Positions 50,520 to 59,848 of a stretch of 64,000 bases of DNA are shown piece after piece; positions within the stretch are counted from its first letter, which is position 1, and every line of letters starts with the position of its first letter. The notes below the pieces were generated by a model, which was not told the origin of the DNA, did not search any database, and was given only the letters and a program-made list of their open reading frames with translations. The DNA comes from an uncultured Chloroflexia bacterium (GTDB lineage Bacteria; Chloroflexota; Limnocylindria; Limnocylindrales; CSP1-4), in NCBI GenBank assembly GCA_963819655.1, contig CAWFXA010000002.1, forward strand, positions 1,696,001 through 1,760,000, written 5' to 3'. The translations under genes were made by a program, and so were the position numbers.

Positions 50520-51782
50520 GTGTTCCTCATGTCGCGCGTGATCAGCCAGGATCTGGAAGCGACGGGCGTCGCGCAGGTCATCGTCGTCCTCAAGGCGCCA
50601 CCGGCAGGCGCCGCCGCGGGCGCAGGTGCGGCGGCACGACCGCGGCCTCAGCTGGAGACGCCGTTCAATCTCCAGCGTCACTTTCGGACCTCGGAATTGA
50701 GCCAGGACTCTGCGCTTGCTGCATCGACTCTCACGGCAGCGAACGCCGCCGCGCCGGCGGTTCGCTACTACCCCAACCTTGGCGTCGCTCTTGGAACGGT
50801 CGACCGCGCTGGGCTTGCCGCGTTGCGGTCGAGCCCGGCGGTCGCTTCCGTGCAAGGGGCCCCGAAGTTCAGCCTCATCGCCCCTGAGCGGGTGCAGGAC
50901 ACGAAGCTGACCGTGCAGGAAACGTGGGGCCTCCGAACGCTCAAGGCTCCGCAACTCTGGGCGAAAGGTCTGACCGGCCAGGGCATCCTCGTCGGCCACC
51001 TCGACACCGGCGTCGACGCCAACCACCCGGCCCTCAAGGGCGCGGTCGGGGCGTTCGCAGAGTTCGACCCACTGGGCTTCGAGGTGAGTCCGACGCCCGC
51101 GGCCCATGACAGCGGCGATCATGGCACTCACACAGCGGCAACGATCGCCGGTCGACCCGTGCGGGGTCGGCATGTCGGGATGGCCCCGGACGCAACACTG
51201 GCATCCGCGCTCGTCATCGAGGGCGGGAACGCGGTGGCCCGAGTCCTTGGTGGGATGGACTGGGCTGTCGGCCAGAGGGTCAGGATCCTGAGCATGTCCC
51301 TCGGATTCCGAGGCTGGTGGCAGGACTTCATCCCGATCACCCGGATCCTTCGTCGGCGACAGATCCTCCCCGTCTTCGCTGTCGGTAACGAAGGGCCAGG
51401 CACGAGCCGCTCGCCGGGCAACTACTACCAGGCCCTATCGGTGGGGGCGATGGACAGGCATGACACCGTCGCTGACTTCTCGTCGAGCCAGGAGTTCCAG
51501 CGAAAGCGCGACCCGATCGTCCCTGACCTCGTGGGTCCCGGGGTCGCTGTGACGTCGGCGCGACCTGGTGGCGGCTGGCAGGAGATGGACGGCACGTCGA
51601 TGGCCACGCCACACATCGCCGGCCTTGCTGCGCTCCTCATGCAGGCGCGCCCGAACGCCACGATCTCCCGGGTCGAGCGAGCCATCTTCGACTCGTGCGT
51701 GCGCCCGCCGTCCATGACGCCTGATCGAGCCAATCGAGGTCTGCCGAATGGCCTCAAGGCGTTGGAGCTCCTTCTCCCGTAG
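50520..51782 (+). CDS. S8 subtilisin-like serine peptidase without signal peptide
   Basis: HLDTGVD, HGTHTAATI, AVGNEG, MDGTSMATPH; N-terminal I9-like prodomain. Confidence 0.93.
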   Translation: MFLMSRVISQDLEATGVAQVIVVLKAPPAGAAAGAGAAARPRPQLETPFNLQRHFRTSELSQDSALAASTLTAANAAAPAVRYYPNLGVALGTVDRAGLAALRSSPAVASVQGAPKFSLIAPERVQDTKLTVQETWGLRTLKAPQLWAKGLTGQGILVGHLDTGVDANHPALKGAVGAFAEFDPLGFEVSPTPAAHDSGDHGTHTAATIAGRPVRGRHVGMAPDATLASALVIEGGNAVARVLGGMDWAVGQRVRILSMSLGFRGWWQDFIPITRILRRRQILPVFAVGNEGPGTSRSPGNYYQALSVGAMDRHDTVADFSSSQEFQRKRDPIVPDLVGPGVAVTSARPGGGWQEMDGTSMATPHIAGLAALLMQARPNATISRVERAIFDSCVRPPSMTPDRANRGLPNGLKALELLLP

Positions 51783-51840
51783 GAGCGCCCGATGGCGACG
51801 GACCTTGTCGCGACGAGTCGCGGCGTAGAGTAGCCATCGT

Positions 51841-52251
51841 ATGACCGACCGCCACGCGAAGACAAAGGTCGACCCGGAACTGACTCGCCAGCTCGACGAC
51901 GTCAGCGCCGACGATGGCCCGGTACAGGCTGTGGTCTACCTCGAGTCCGCGGAGCGGATGAGCCCGGACGAGGTCTCTGCCGCGGCGCAACGCCTGATCG
52001 AGTCCGCGACCTCGAAGGCGGCCACGGCGCCCAGCCGAGTCAACGTGATGAAAAACCTTGGCATCGTGGCGGTCGAGGCCCCGGCGTCGTTCGTCCGATT
52101 CCTCATCGAGGAGCCCGGAGTGGCCTCGGCGATCGCCAACGTCCAGCCGAGCGCCGATGCGGGGCTTGAAACTCCTGGCGAGCCGTCACGGTCACCGACT
52201 GACGAGCAGACGACGTCTCGCCGCGAAGCCGACGACAGGGCAACGAGCTAA
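51841..52251 (+). CDS. Stand-alone subtilase prodomain-like (I9-like) protein
   Basis: KVDPEL...PVQAVVYL...NLG-x17-PGVAS, the same spacing as NLG-x17-PAVAS in the adjacent protease prodomain. Confidence 0.68.
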   Translation: MTDRHAKTKVDPELTRQLDDVSADDGPVQAVVYLESAERMSPDEVSAAAQRLIESATSKAATAPSRVNVMKNLGIVAVEAPASFVRFLIEEPGVASAIANVQPSADAGLETPGEPSRSPTDEQTTSRREADDRATS

Positions 52252-52300
52252 CCCGTCGATTCCTGACGACTTCGCCAGACCACGCTATCCTCCGGCGGCC

Positions 52301-52997
52301 GTGCGACTGCTCATCGTCGAGGACGAACTCGACCTCGCCACTGCTCTTGCCACCGGGTTGCGCCGCGAAGGCTATGCGACCGACACCGCCTCGACTGCCG
52401 CCGAGGCGCGCGAGCGCCTTCAGGACACACCGTATGACGTCGTGTGCCTGGACCTCGGCCTGCCCGACGGAGACGGTCGCGAGGTCTGCCGCGAGATACG
52501 CGCCGGCGAGCTGGTGCTACCTGAAGCCACGCCACCGCGCGTCCTGATGCTGACCGCCCGGGACCGTCTCGACGATCGAGTGGGCGGCCTGGACGACGGT
52601 GCCGACGACTACCTGGTCAAGCCGTTCAGCTTCGTGGAGCTCGCGGCACGGGTTCGCGCCCTCGCACGCCGCCCGACGATCAACGGTGGGGCGACGATCC
52701 GGCTGGGGAGCCTCGAGCTCGACGCCGCGCGGCACGATGCCCACCGCAACGAACAGACGTCTCGACCTGACGCCCAAGGAGTTCGCGCTCCTCCGCTACT
52801 TCATGCTGCATCCGAGCGAGGTCCTGACACCGGAGCGTCTGCTCGAGCACGTCTGGGACGATCGCGCCGACCCGTTCACGAACACGGTCCGGGTCACGAT
52901 CAGCAACCTCCGCCGCAAGCTTGCCGAGGCGGGCCCCGGGCAGCCCATCGAGACGGTCGTCGGGGTGGGCTATCGCCTCGTCGAGGGCGACGGATGA
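52301..52997 (+). CDS. OmpR-family response regulator; frameshift near 52757
   Basis: LLIVEDE, LDLGLPDGDG, GADDYLVKPF; continues in another frame as LTPKEFALLRY...IETVVGVGY. Confidence 0.88.
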
Positions 52998-54266
52998 GTC
53001 CGTCGCCGCGCCGACGCCTCGCCGCGTCCGTTCGGTCGGTCCGCTTCCGGCTTGCGATGCTGGTGACGACGGCCCTGATCGTGACGGCGGGCGTGCTCGT
53101 ACTGGGCATGAACCTGGCCTTGGATACGGTGGTCGCGTCGAGCCCTGCGGAGCAGCCGACGACACTCGAGGAGGAGTTGCTGCGGGTCCTCGGCATGAGT
53201 CTCGCGGAGCTCGGTGGAAGCGGCGACACCGGCGCGACCGATGCACTCCTGAACGTGGAACAGGCCGTACGAGACCAGACGCTCCAGCTGGTCAGGAACC
53301 TCTCGATCGCGGCGCTCCTCGTGCTGGTGCCGGTCGGCCTCGCGATCGGTTGGGCCGTCGCAGGCCGGGTCGTGCGGCCCGTGGGCACGATCGCCAGCGT
53401 CGCACGGGAGATCGAGGCGACCGACCTCTCGCGTCGGATCCGCCTCGACGGTCCACCCGACGAGATGCGCGATCTCGCGGACACATTCGACGCGATGCTC
53501 GACCGGCTCGATCGCGGTGTGCAGACCCAGCGCCGCTTCGTCGAGGACGCTTCGCACGAGTTGCGGAACCCACTGGCGGTCATCCGGACGACCCTCGATG
53601 TCGCGCTCTCGGAGCCGGAGGACACCGAGGGCCTGCGCCGCGCAGCCGAGGTGGCTCGTCGGACCGCCGACCGGATGTCGACCACGGTCGACGAGCTCCT
53701 GGCGTTCGGCCGGACGAGTGTCCAGACCGGAGCGACGGGTCCCCGTCGACCTGGCCGAGGTCGTGGCCGAGGTCGCCCAGGAGTACGACGCGGTGGCCTC
53801 GACCCGTGGCGTCCGGCTGTCCCGGCTCGCCCCGTCCGGTCTGGTCGTCGACGGGGACCGGTCCGCGCTGAAGCGGGCCCAGGCGAACCTCGTCTCGAAC
53901 GCGCTCCGCGTGGCTCCACCTGGCTCAGTCGTCCACTCGCGCGCCGGACGTACCGGTGGGTGGCTGTGGTTCGGCGTCCGCGACGTCGGGCCCGGGATCG
54001 CGCCCGACGACCAGCCCCTCGTCTTCCGCCGCGCCTGGCGCGACGGCGCTCCCACGGCAGAAGGCGACGGGCAAGGCCTCGGGCTGGCCCTCGTTCGCCA
54101 GATCGCCGAGGCACATGGCGGCAAGGTCAGCGTGGCATCGGTCCCCAAGCACGGCGCAAGCTTCGTCGTGTGGCTGCCGGACCGACGGACGAGTGCGGAG
54201 CAGGTCCCGCTGGCCGATCTCCGTGCGATGGCCGACCCGCTGTGGACGGTGGACGCGGCCTCCTGA
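52994..54266 (+). CDS. HAMP sensor histidine kinase; frameshift near 53735
   Basis: Two TM helices, HAMP, ASHELRNPL; continues as NLVSNA, DVGPGI, GLGLALV. Confidence 0.88.
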
Positions 54267-54271
54267 CCGAT

Positions 54272-54311
54272 TCTTTAGGTCGTCCTTACACCGTCCGAAC
54301 GTCCACGTTAT
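54272..54311 (+). promoter_or_regulatory. Candidate OmpR-type binding site (11-bp periodic repeats)
   Basis: TCTTTAG, TCCTTAC, TCCGAAC, ACGTTAT at 54272, 54283, 54294, 54305, upstream of the protease operon. Confidence 0.3.
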
Positions 54312-54399
54312 CGCCCATTTCCTAGCCTCCGGATCACTGGCCGGACCGGTATCGGTCCGACCGGCATGCGACCGCACGCCATCCGGAGGCCCGCTACAC

Positions 54400-55746
54400 G
54401 TGGACGATCCCTTCGCCGGCGACGAGCGTCAGCACAAGAGCTGGCGCGACCTGCCGCCGACCCCACCCCTCGTCTGGCCCACCGCAGCACCCGCATTCGC
54501 GACCGCGACCGCCGGTGCTGCGGCGTCGCCGACGCGCGCCGCTGTAGGCTCGAGGCGGCCCCGGCGCCGGCTCGTCGTCGGCACCGCCCTCCTGGTCGGG
54601 GCTATCGCCCTCGTCGGCACCGGGATGCTCGTCATCGGCGACCGACTCGGGGCGCTGCAGGCGTCGCTCGCCATGGCCGGTGGCCCGGCCGCGCCGGACA
54701 AGGTGGCCGCGGCGATCCCGCCGAGCGATGAGCCGCTCGCGGACGTGGCCGCGAGGCTCCTGCCCTCGGTCGTGCAGATCGAGGCCGGCGCCGGGGTCGG
54801 CTCCGGGTTCGTTGCGGCCGAAGGGGGACTCATCCTTACCGCATCACACGTCGTCGGGCGATCGGACACGGTCACGCTCCGGCTCCACGACGGCACCAGC
54901 GTCTCCGGCGCCGTGGTCGCGGTCGACAAGTCCATCGACACCGCCGTCATCCGGGCCGAGGAGGGCGCCGCGTCCGATCTGAAGCCTTTCGCCCTCGGCG
55001 CCCTCGCCGACGTGCAGGTGGGCGAGATGACGATCGCCGTCGGGAGCCCGTTCGGCCTGAGCCAGACCGTGACCACCGGCATCGTGAGTGCGCTCGGCCG
55101 CACGGTCCCCACCCCGATGGGCGAGCTGCACGACCTGATCCAGACGGATGCTGCGATCAACTCCGGCAACTCCGGCGGTCCGCTGGCAGACCGGGAGGGT
55201 CGTGCCATCGGCATCAACACCGCCATCGCGAGCGCTTCGGGCGGCAGCGACGGCATCGGTTTCGCCGTGCCGGTCGATCAGGCCGCCCGGATCCTGGACA
55301 AGGTCAAGGACGGCACGTGGAAGGCCGAGGACAACGACCCCGCCGACAGCATGGACCCGCTCGGCGGGCTGTTCGACCAGTTCCTCGGCCCTGACGGGCT
55401 GGACGGCCTGCGCGACCTGTTCGGACAAGGGCCCAACGGATCGCAGACACCGGACGGCCCTTCCGGCGGTTCGGAGATGGCCGACCGGATGCTCCAACAG
55501 TTGCTCGACACATTGCTGCGCGAGCTCGAGCGTGAGCTTGCACCAGGGACCCCGGCTCCACAGCCGGCACCGGATACCGCACCGGGTCCGGACGCGACCC
55601 CGCCGAACGGTGCGGATGACCCGGCCGCCGACGCCATCGACCGCCTGATGCGGCAGTTCGTGGACGAGCTCAGCCGAGGGCTGAGCCCGAACGGGATGCC
55701 GGATCCATCCGCCCCCGATGGGGGCACCACCGGCCAGGGAGCATGA
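54400..55746 (+). CDS. Membrane-anchored HtrA-like (S1C) serine protease lacking a PDZ domain
   Basis: TM helix, GSGFV, LTASHVV, DTAVI, IQTDAAINSGNSGGPL, GIGFAVP; C-terminus acidic, helical and Pro-rich. Confidence 0.88.
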   Translation: MDDPFAGDERQHKSWRDLPPTPPLVWPTAAPAFATATAGAAASPTRAAVGSRRPRRRLVVGTALLVGAIALVGTGMLVIGDRLGALQASLAMAGGPAAPDKVAAAIPPSDEPLADVAARLLPSVVQIEAGAGVGSGFVAAEGGLILTASHVVGRSDTVTLRLHDGTSVSGAVVAVDKSIDTAVIRAEEGAASDLKPFALGALADVQVGEMTIAVGSPFGLSQTVTTGIVSALGRTVPTPMGELHDLIQTDAAINSGNSGGPLADREGRAIGINTAIASASGGSDGIGFAVPVDQAARILDKVKDGTWKAEDNDPADSMDPLGGLFDQFLGPDGLDGLRDLFGQGPNGSQTPDGPSGGSEMADRMLQQLLDTLLRELERELAPGTPAPQPAPDTAPGPDATPPNGADDPAADAIDRLMRQFVDELSRGLSPNGMPDPSAPDGGTTGQGA

Positions 55747-56858
55747 CCGTGAGCATCGACCTCGCCACCACTCGCCTCGCCCAGGTCCGTCACGAGCTGG
55801 GCCGCGTCATCGTCGGCCAGGATCGAGTCGTCGATCGGCTCCTCGTCGCCGTGTTGGCAGACGGGCACGTCCTGCTCGAGGGCGCGCCCGGCCTAGGCAA
55901 GACGCTGTTGCTGACGACCCTGGCCCGGATCCTCGGTGGCTCCTTCAATCGCATCCAGTTCACGCCGGACCTGATCCCGTCCGACATCGTCGGGACCCGG
56001 ATCTTCCGGCCCTCGTCGGAGGCGTTCGACGTCGAGCCCGGGCCGATCATCGCCAACGTCGTCCTGGTCGACGAGATCAACCGCGCCCCCGCGCGCGTCC
56101 AGTCGGCGCTGCTCGAGGCGATGGCGGAACGGCAGGTCACCGTCGGCGGTCGTACTTTCGCGTTGCCGAAGCCGTTCCTGGTCGTGGCAACCCAGAACCC
56201 CGTCGAGTCGGAGGGCGTCTACCCGCTCGCCGAAGCGCAGCGCGACCGGTTCCTGATGCGGGTCCCTGTCGACTACCCGACCCCGACCGAGGAGCGGGCG
56301 ATCGTCGCCCGGATGGCGGACGAGCCACCCGAGGCGGCGCGTCTGCTCGATCCGGCGGATGTCGTCGACCTTCAGCGCGCGGCGCGGCGAGTCGTGATCG
56401 ACGATGCAGCGTCCGACTACGCGATCCGCCTGGTGCTCGCGACGCGCGACCCCGCGGCGCACGGGCTGCAGAAGCTGGTCGGGCTACTCGAGTACGGCGC
56501 GAGCCCGCGAGCATCGCTCGGGCTCGTCCGGAGCGCCCGCGCCATGGCGCTCCTGCGCGGGCGTATGCGTGCGGTGCCGCAGGACGTCTACGAGGTCGCG
56601 TACGACATCCTGAACGCGCGCCTCGCGCTGTCCTACCGGGCACTGGCCGAGGGGTTCACGATCGACGACGTCCTCGTCGAGCTGCTCACGACGGTCCCAG
56701 CGCCCGGATCGACCGCGTGGCCACCGCCGGTGCCATCGGCATCCACGATCCCGACGCGGGCCGCCGTGCCGGAAGCGGCCACCGTCGGCACGCCATGGGG
56801 CGCGCTCCTACCCGCGCCGCCGATCGTCCTGCCGGGCGACCCACCGGACGCGAGGTGA
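55743..56858 (+). CDS. moxR: MoxR-family AAA+ ATPase
   Basis: GAPGLGKT, RIQFTPDLIPSDI, DEINRAP, ATQNPVESEGVYPL.EAQRDRF, GASPR. Confidence 0.94.
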   Translation: MTVSIDLATTRLAQVRHELGRVIVGQDRVVDRLLVAVLADGHVLLEGAPGLGKTLLLTTLARILGGSFNRIQFTPDLIPSDIVGTRIFRPSSEAFDVEPGPIIANVVLVDEINRAPARVQSALLEAMAERQVTVGGRTFALPKPFLVVATQNPVESEGVYPLAEAQRDRFLMRVPVDYPTPTEERAIVARMADEPPEAARLLDPADVVDLQRAARRVVIDDAASDYAIRLVLATRDPAAHGLQKLVGLLEYGASPRASLGLVRSARAMALLRGRMRAVPQDVYEVAYDILNARLALSYRALAEGFTIDDVLVELLTTVPAPGSTAWPPPVPSASTIPTRAAVPEAATVGTPWGALLPAPPIVLPGDPPDAR

Positions 56859-57801
56859 GCTCCGCACCACGTGCCGGTCTCGACCTGCCGGCACGGCTCC
56901 GCCGCATCGAGCTCGCGGTCGGCCACAAGGTGGTCGGCCGCCGAGACGGCCGTCATGCCTCGGTCGTGCTCGGCCACGGCGTCGAGGCCGGGGAAGCGCG
57001 ACCGTACGAGCCGGGCGACGACGTCCGCCGGATGGACTGGTCGATCCTGGCCCGGACCGGCGAACCACACGTCCGGGACGCGATCCAGGAGCGCGACCTC
57101 GACGTCGCCGTCCTGGTCGACCGGTCCGGCAGCCTCGACTTCGGGACCGTCGGCTGGCGGAAGGCCGATCTGGCTGTCAACGTCGCGTACGGCTGTGTCG
57201 GGGCTCGCCGTCCACGGCGGCGACCGGATCGGGGCGGTCGTCGCGACCGCCGGCGGGCCACGCGATCGTGCCGATCCGCGGAGGTCGCCGGCATCTGACG
57301 GGCCTCGTGGGCAGCGTGGCACGGTCACCTCTCGGGGGACAGGTCGATCTCGGTCGTGCCATCGACGGTCTCCGACGCGTCATGCGACGAGGTGGACTCG
57401 CGATCGTGATCTCGGACTTCATCGCGGCCCCCGAGACGTGGAGCGCCGGCGCTTGCCCGGCTTGGACGCCGAAGCGAGGTCATCGCCGTCGAGGTCCTCG
57501 ATCCGCGCGAGCTCCGACTGCCCGACGTCGGCCTGCTCGTGATCGAGGACCCCGAGACCGGCCGCCAGCGGACGATCGACACGAGCGACGAGCGCTTCCG
57601 CGTCCGCCTCGGCGAGGACGCCGATCGTCGACGCGCCGCGAGATCGTCCGCGATCCAGGCGAGCAGGCGCCACTCACCTGCGACTTCGGACGGACCACGG
57701 AGTGGACCGGTCCGCTCGCTGCCTGTCTCGACCGACGCCGTCGCGCCCGAGCGTTGGGTCGGCACGTGGCGTCCCATCCCACGACCGGAGCTGCACGATG
57801 A
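56855..57801 (+). CDS. DUF58 domain protein; several frameshifts
   Basis: RPYEPGDDVRRMDW, VDRSGSLDFG, GDRIG, VISDF, DPRE..LPDVG..IEDPETG in successive frames. Confidence 0.8.
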
Positions 57802-58763
57802 TCCCGTTCGCGCCCGATCTCACGTTCCTTGCGCCCGAGCGGTTCGCACTCCTCCTGGTGCCGCTGCTGTTCGCCGCGCTGTACCTCGTCAGGCAGCGCC
57901 GGCGCCGGGCCTACGTGGTCCGATACACCGACCTGGACCTGATCGACGCGGTGGCCCCGAGACGCCCGGGCCTTCGGCGCCATCTCGTCGCCGCCGTCTA
58001 CCTGACGGCGACGGGACTGCTGGTCATCGCGGCTGCCCGCCCCGCCCTCGCGACCGAGGTCGCGAATGAGCCGACGGTCGTGCTCGCGTTCGACACCTCG
58101 CTGTCGATGGAGGCGACCGATGTCGCCCCCAGCCGCATCGTGGCCGCCCGAGACGCAGCCCATCGGTTCATCGAGGTCGTACCGGCCGGTGTCCGAGTAG
58201 GCTTGGTCGCGTTCGACCAGACGGCTCGGGTCATCATCCCGCCGACGACGTCGAAGATAGTCCTCGACCGTGCGATCGACCGCCTGTCATTGGGCGAGGG
58301 AACGGCGATCGGCGAGGCGATCTACACGTCGCTTGACCTGCTCGAGTCGGATGTGCCCGCCGATGCCGGTGAGGCCTCCTCGGGGTCGATCGTGCTGATG
58401 TCGGACGGCGAAACAACGATGGGACGACCGGAAGGGCAAGCGGCCCGTGAGGCGAAGCGGCGTGGCGTCAAGGTCAGCACCGTCGCCTTCGGCACCGACA
58501 ATGGATCGGTGGTGGTTGATTTCCTGCCGGTCCCTGTCCCGGTCGATCGTCAGGCGCTGCGAGACATCGCGGAGACCACTGATGGCAAGGCATTCGAGGC
58601 CGACTCGGCCCAGGAGATCGTGTCCGTGTTCGAGGACATCGGCGAGGGGGTCGGTACGCGGACGGAGCCGCGGGAGATCACCGACCGCCTGGCCATTGCC
58701 GCGCTCCTGGCGGCCGCCGTCGCCGCAGCCGGCTCGCTCGCCTGGTTCGCTCGCATCCCGTGA
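57798..58763 (+). CDS. BatA-like vWA domain membrane protein
   Basis: N-terminal TM helices, ARP, DTSLSMEATDVAPSR, TAIGEAI, MSDGE, C-terminal TM helix. Confidence 0.9.
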   Translation: MIPFAPDLTFLAPERFALLLVPLLFAALYLVRQRRRRAYVVRYTDLDLIDAVAPRRPGLRRHLVAAVYLTATGLLVIAAARPALATEVANEPTVVLAFDTSLSMEATDVAPSRIVAARDAAHRFIEVVPAGVRVGLVAFDQTARVIIPPTTSKIVLDRAIDRLSLGEGTAIGEAIYTSLDLLESDVPADAGEASSGSIVLMSDGETTMGRPEGQAAREAKRRGVKVSTVAFGTDNGSVVVDFLPVPVPVDRQALRDIAETTDGKAFEADSAQEIVSVFEDIGEGVGTRTEPREITDRLAIAALLAAAVAAAGSLAWFARIP

Positions 58764-58834
58764 ACGCACTCCATGGCGGGCGAGCCGGAGCCTAGCAGCG
58801 GGATGTGCCTAGAGCGTCGGACGCGACGCCTTGC

Positions 58835-59440
58835 TTAGCGTTGCGGCCGACGCAGCCCGTCGATCGCCACTGCGAGCAGTCGCTCCGAGAGTCCGGATCT
58901 ATCGCGCGTCAACTCGCCCGCGTGGGCGATCGCGCTCACCAGCGTCAGGATGTCGGTGAGCTCGACGTCGTCCCGGATCTCCCCCGCCTCCTGGGCGCGC
59001 TCGACGAGACGTCCGCCCGTCGTCATCACCATCGCCTTGCAGGTCGCGAACAGGTCCGAGTCCTGGCCGAGCGCGGTCGTGAGCGGGCCCATGAGGCCGC
59101 GCTTCATGGCGCCGACCGTGACATACGCCCGCAGCCATTCGGAGAGTGCCTCGCCCGGCTCTGTATCGGAGTCGAGGAGTCGATCGCCCTCGGCACACAG
59201 GCGTTCGACCTCGCCGCGATAGACCGCCTCGAGGAGCGCGACCCGAGTGGGGAAGTGCCGGTACAACGTCCCGCTGCCGACCCCCGCGTCGCGTGCGATG
59301 TCGTCGAGGGAGGCGTCCGGGCCGTCTCGAGCGATCGCGTCGCGAGCAGCCTCGAGGAGGCGCTCGACGTTGCGCTTGGCGTCGGCGCGTTGGGCGCGAG
59401 GCGGAGTGTTCGGTTCGGTCGGCGCGTTCTGCGCGGTCAT
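58835..59440 (-). CDS. TetR family regulator
   Basis: RADAKRNVERLL, SLDDIARDAGVGSGTLYRHFPTR, AQEAGEIRDDV. Confidence 0.93.
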   Translation of the reverse strand: MTAQNAPTEPNTPPRAQRADAKRNVERLLEAARDAIARDGPDASLDDIARDAGVGSGTLYRHFPTRVALLEAVYRGEVERLCAEGDRLLDSDTEPGEALSEWLRAYVTVGAMKRGLMGPLTTALGQDSDLFATCKAMVMTTGGRLVERAQEAGEIRDDVELTDILTLVSAIAHAGELTRDRSGLSERLLAVAIDGLRRPQR

Positions 59441-59476
59441 GCGGGGATGTTGGCCTTTCGGACGTTGCAATCACGT

Positions 59477-59555
59477 AAACGGGGGAGGTCCCCACTTGTC
59501 AAACGGGGACGGTCTCCGTATAGTACACCCATTCAAACGGAGACAGCCCCCGTTT
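59477..59555 (+). promoter_or_regulatory. Three palindromic TetR operators overlapping promoter TTGTCA-N17-TATAGT
   Basis: AAACGGGGGAGGTCCCCACTT at 59477, AAACGGGGACGGTCTCCGTAT at 59501, AAACGGAGACAGCCCCCGTTT at 59535; -35 at 59496, -10 at 59519. Confidence 0.8.
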
Positions 59556-59585
59556 TCCCCAACCCCACCGAACGAGGAGAACGCC

Positions 59586-59828
59586 ATGCCCCGCAAGCGA
59601 ACCGGACGAACCAGCCCCGACGTCGCGCGCCGACGCACAAACGGCGGCGTGACCTCGATCTCCGTGACGACTCGCCCTCGAAACGGGTCGCCCTCACCCT
59701 ACCTGCGTGACCCGAGGTGGGCGACCGCCGTTCGGCGCCGCACGGATGTCTTCGTCGTCGACATCGCTCGACCATTTCACACGGAATCGATTTCGTCTGA
59801 CGACGACGAGATGCTGCTGTCGGCGTAG
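59586..59828 (+). CDS. Orphan 80-aa protein (basic N-terminus, acidic C-terminus)
   Basis: GAGGAG RBS and near-consensus promoter upstream; no family recognised. Confidence 0.55.
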   Translation: MPRKRTGRTSPDVARRRTNGGVTSISVTTRPRNGSPSPYLRDPRWATAVRRRTDVFVVDIARPFHTESISSDDDEMLLSA

Positions 59829-59848
59829 AACGAGTCGCGGCGCGCGCT

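Noticed and set aside
52058-54325. Apparent response regulator-kinase fusion (755 aa)
   Set aside because: Produced by frameshifts that put the regulator N-half and the kinase N-half in one frame; they are two ordinary genes
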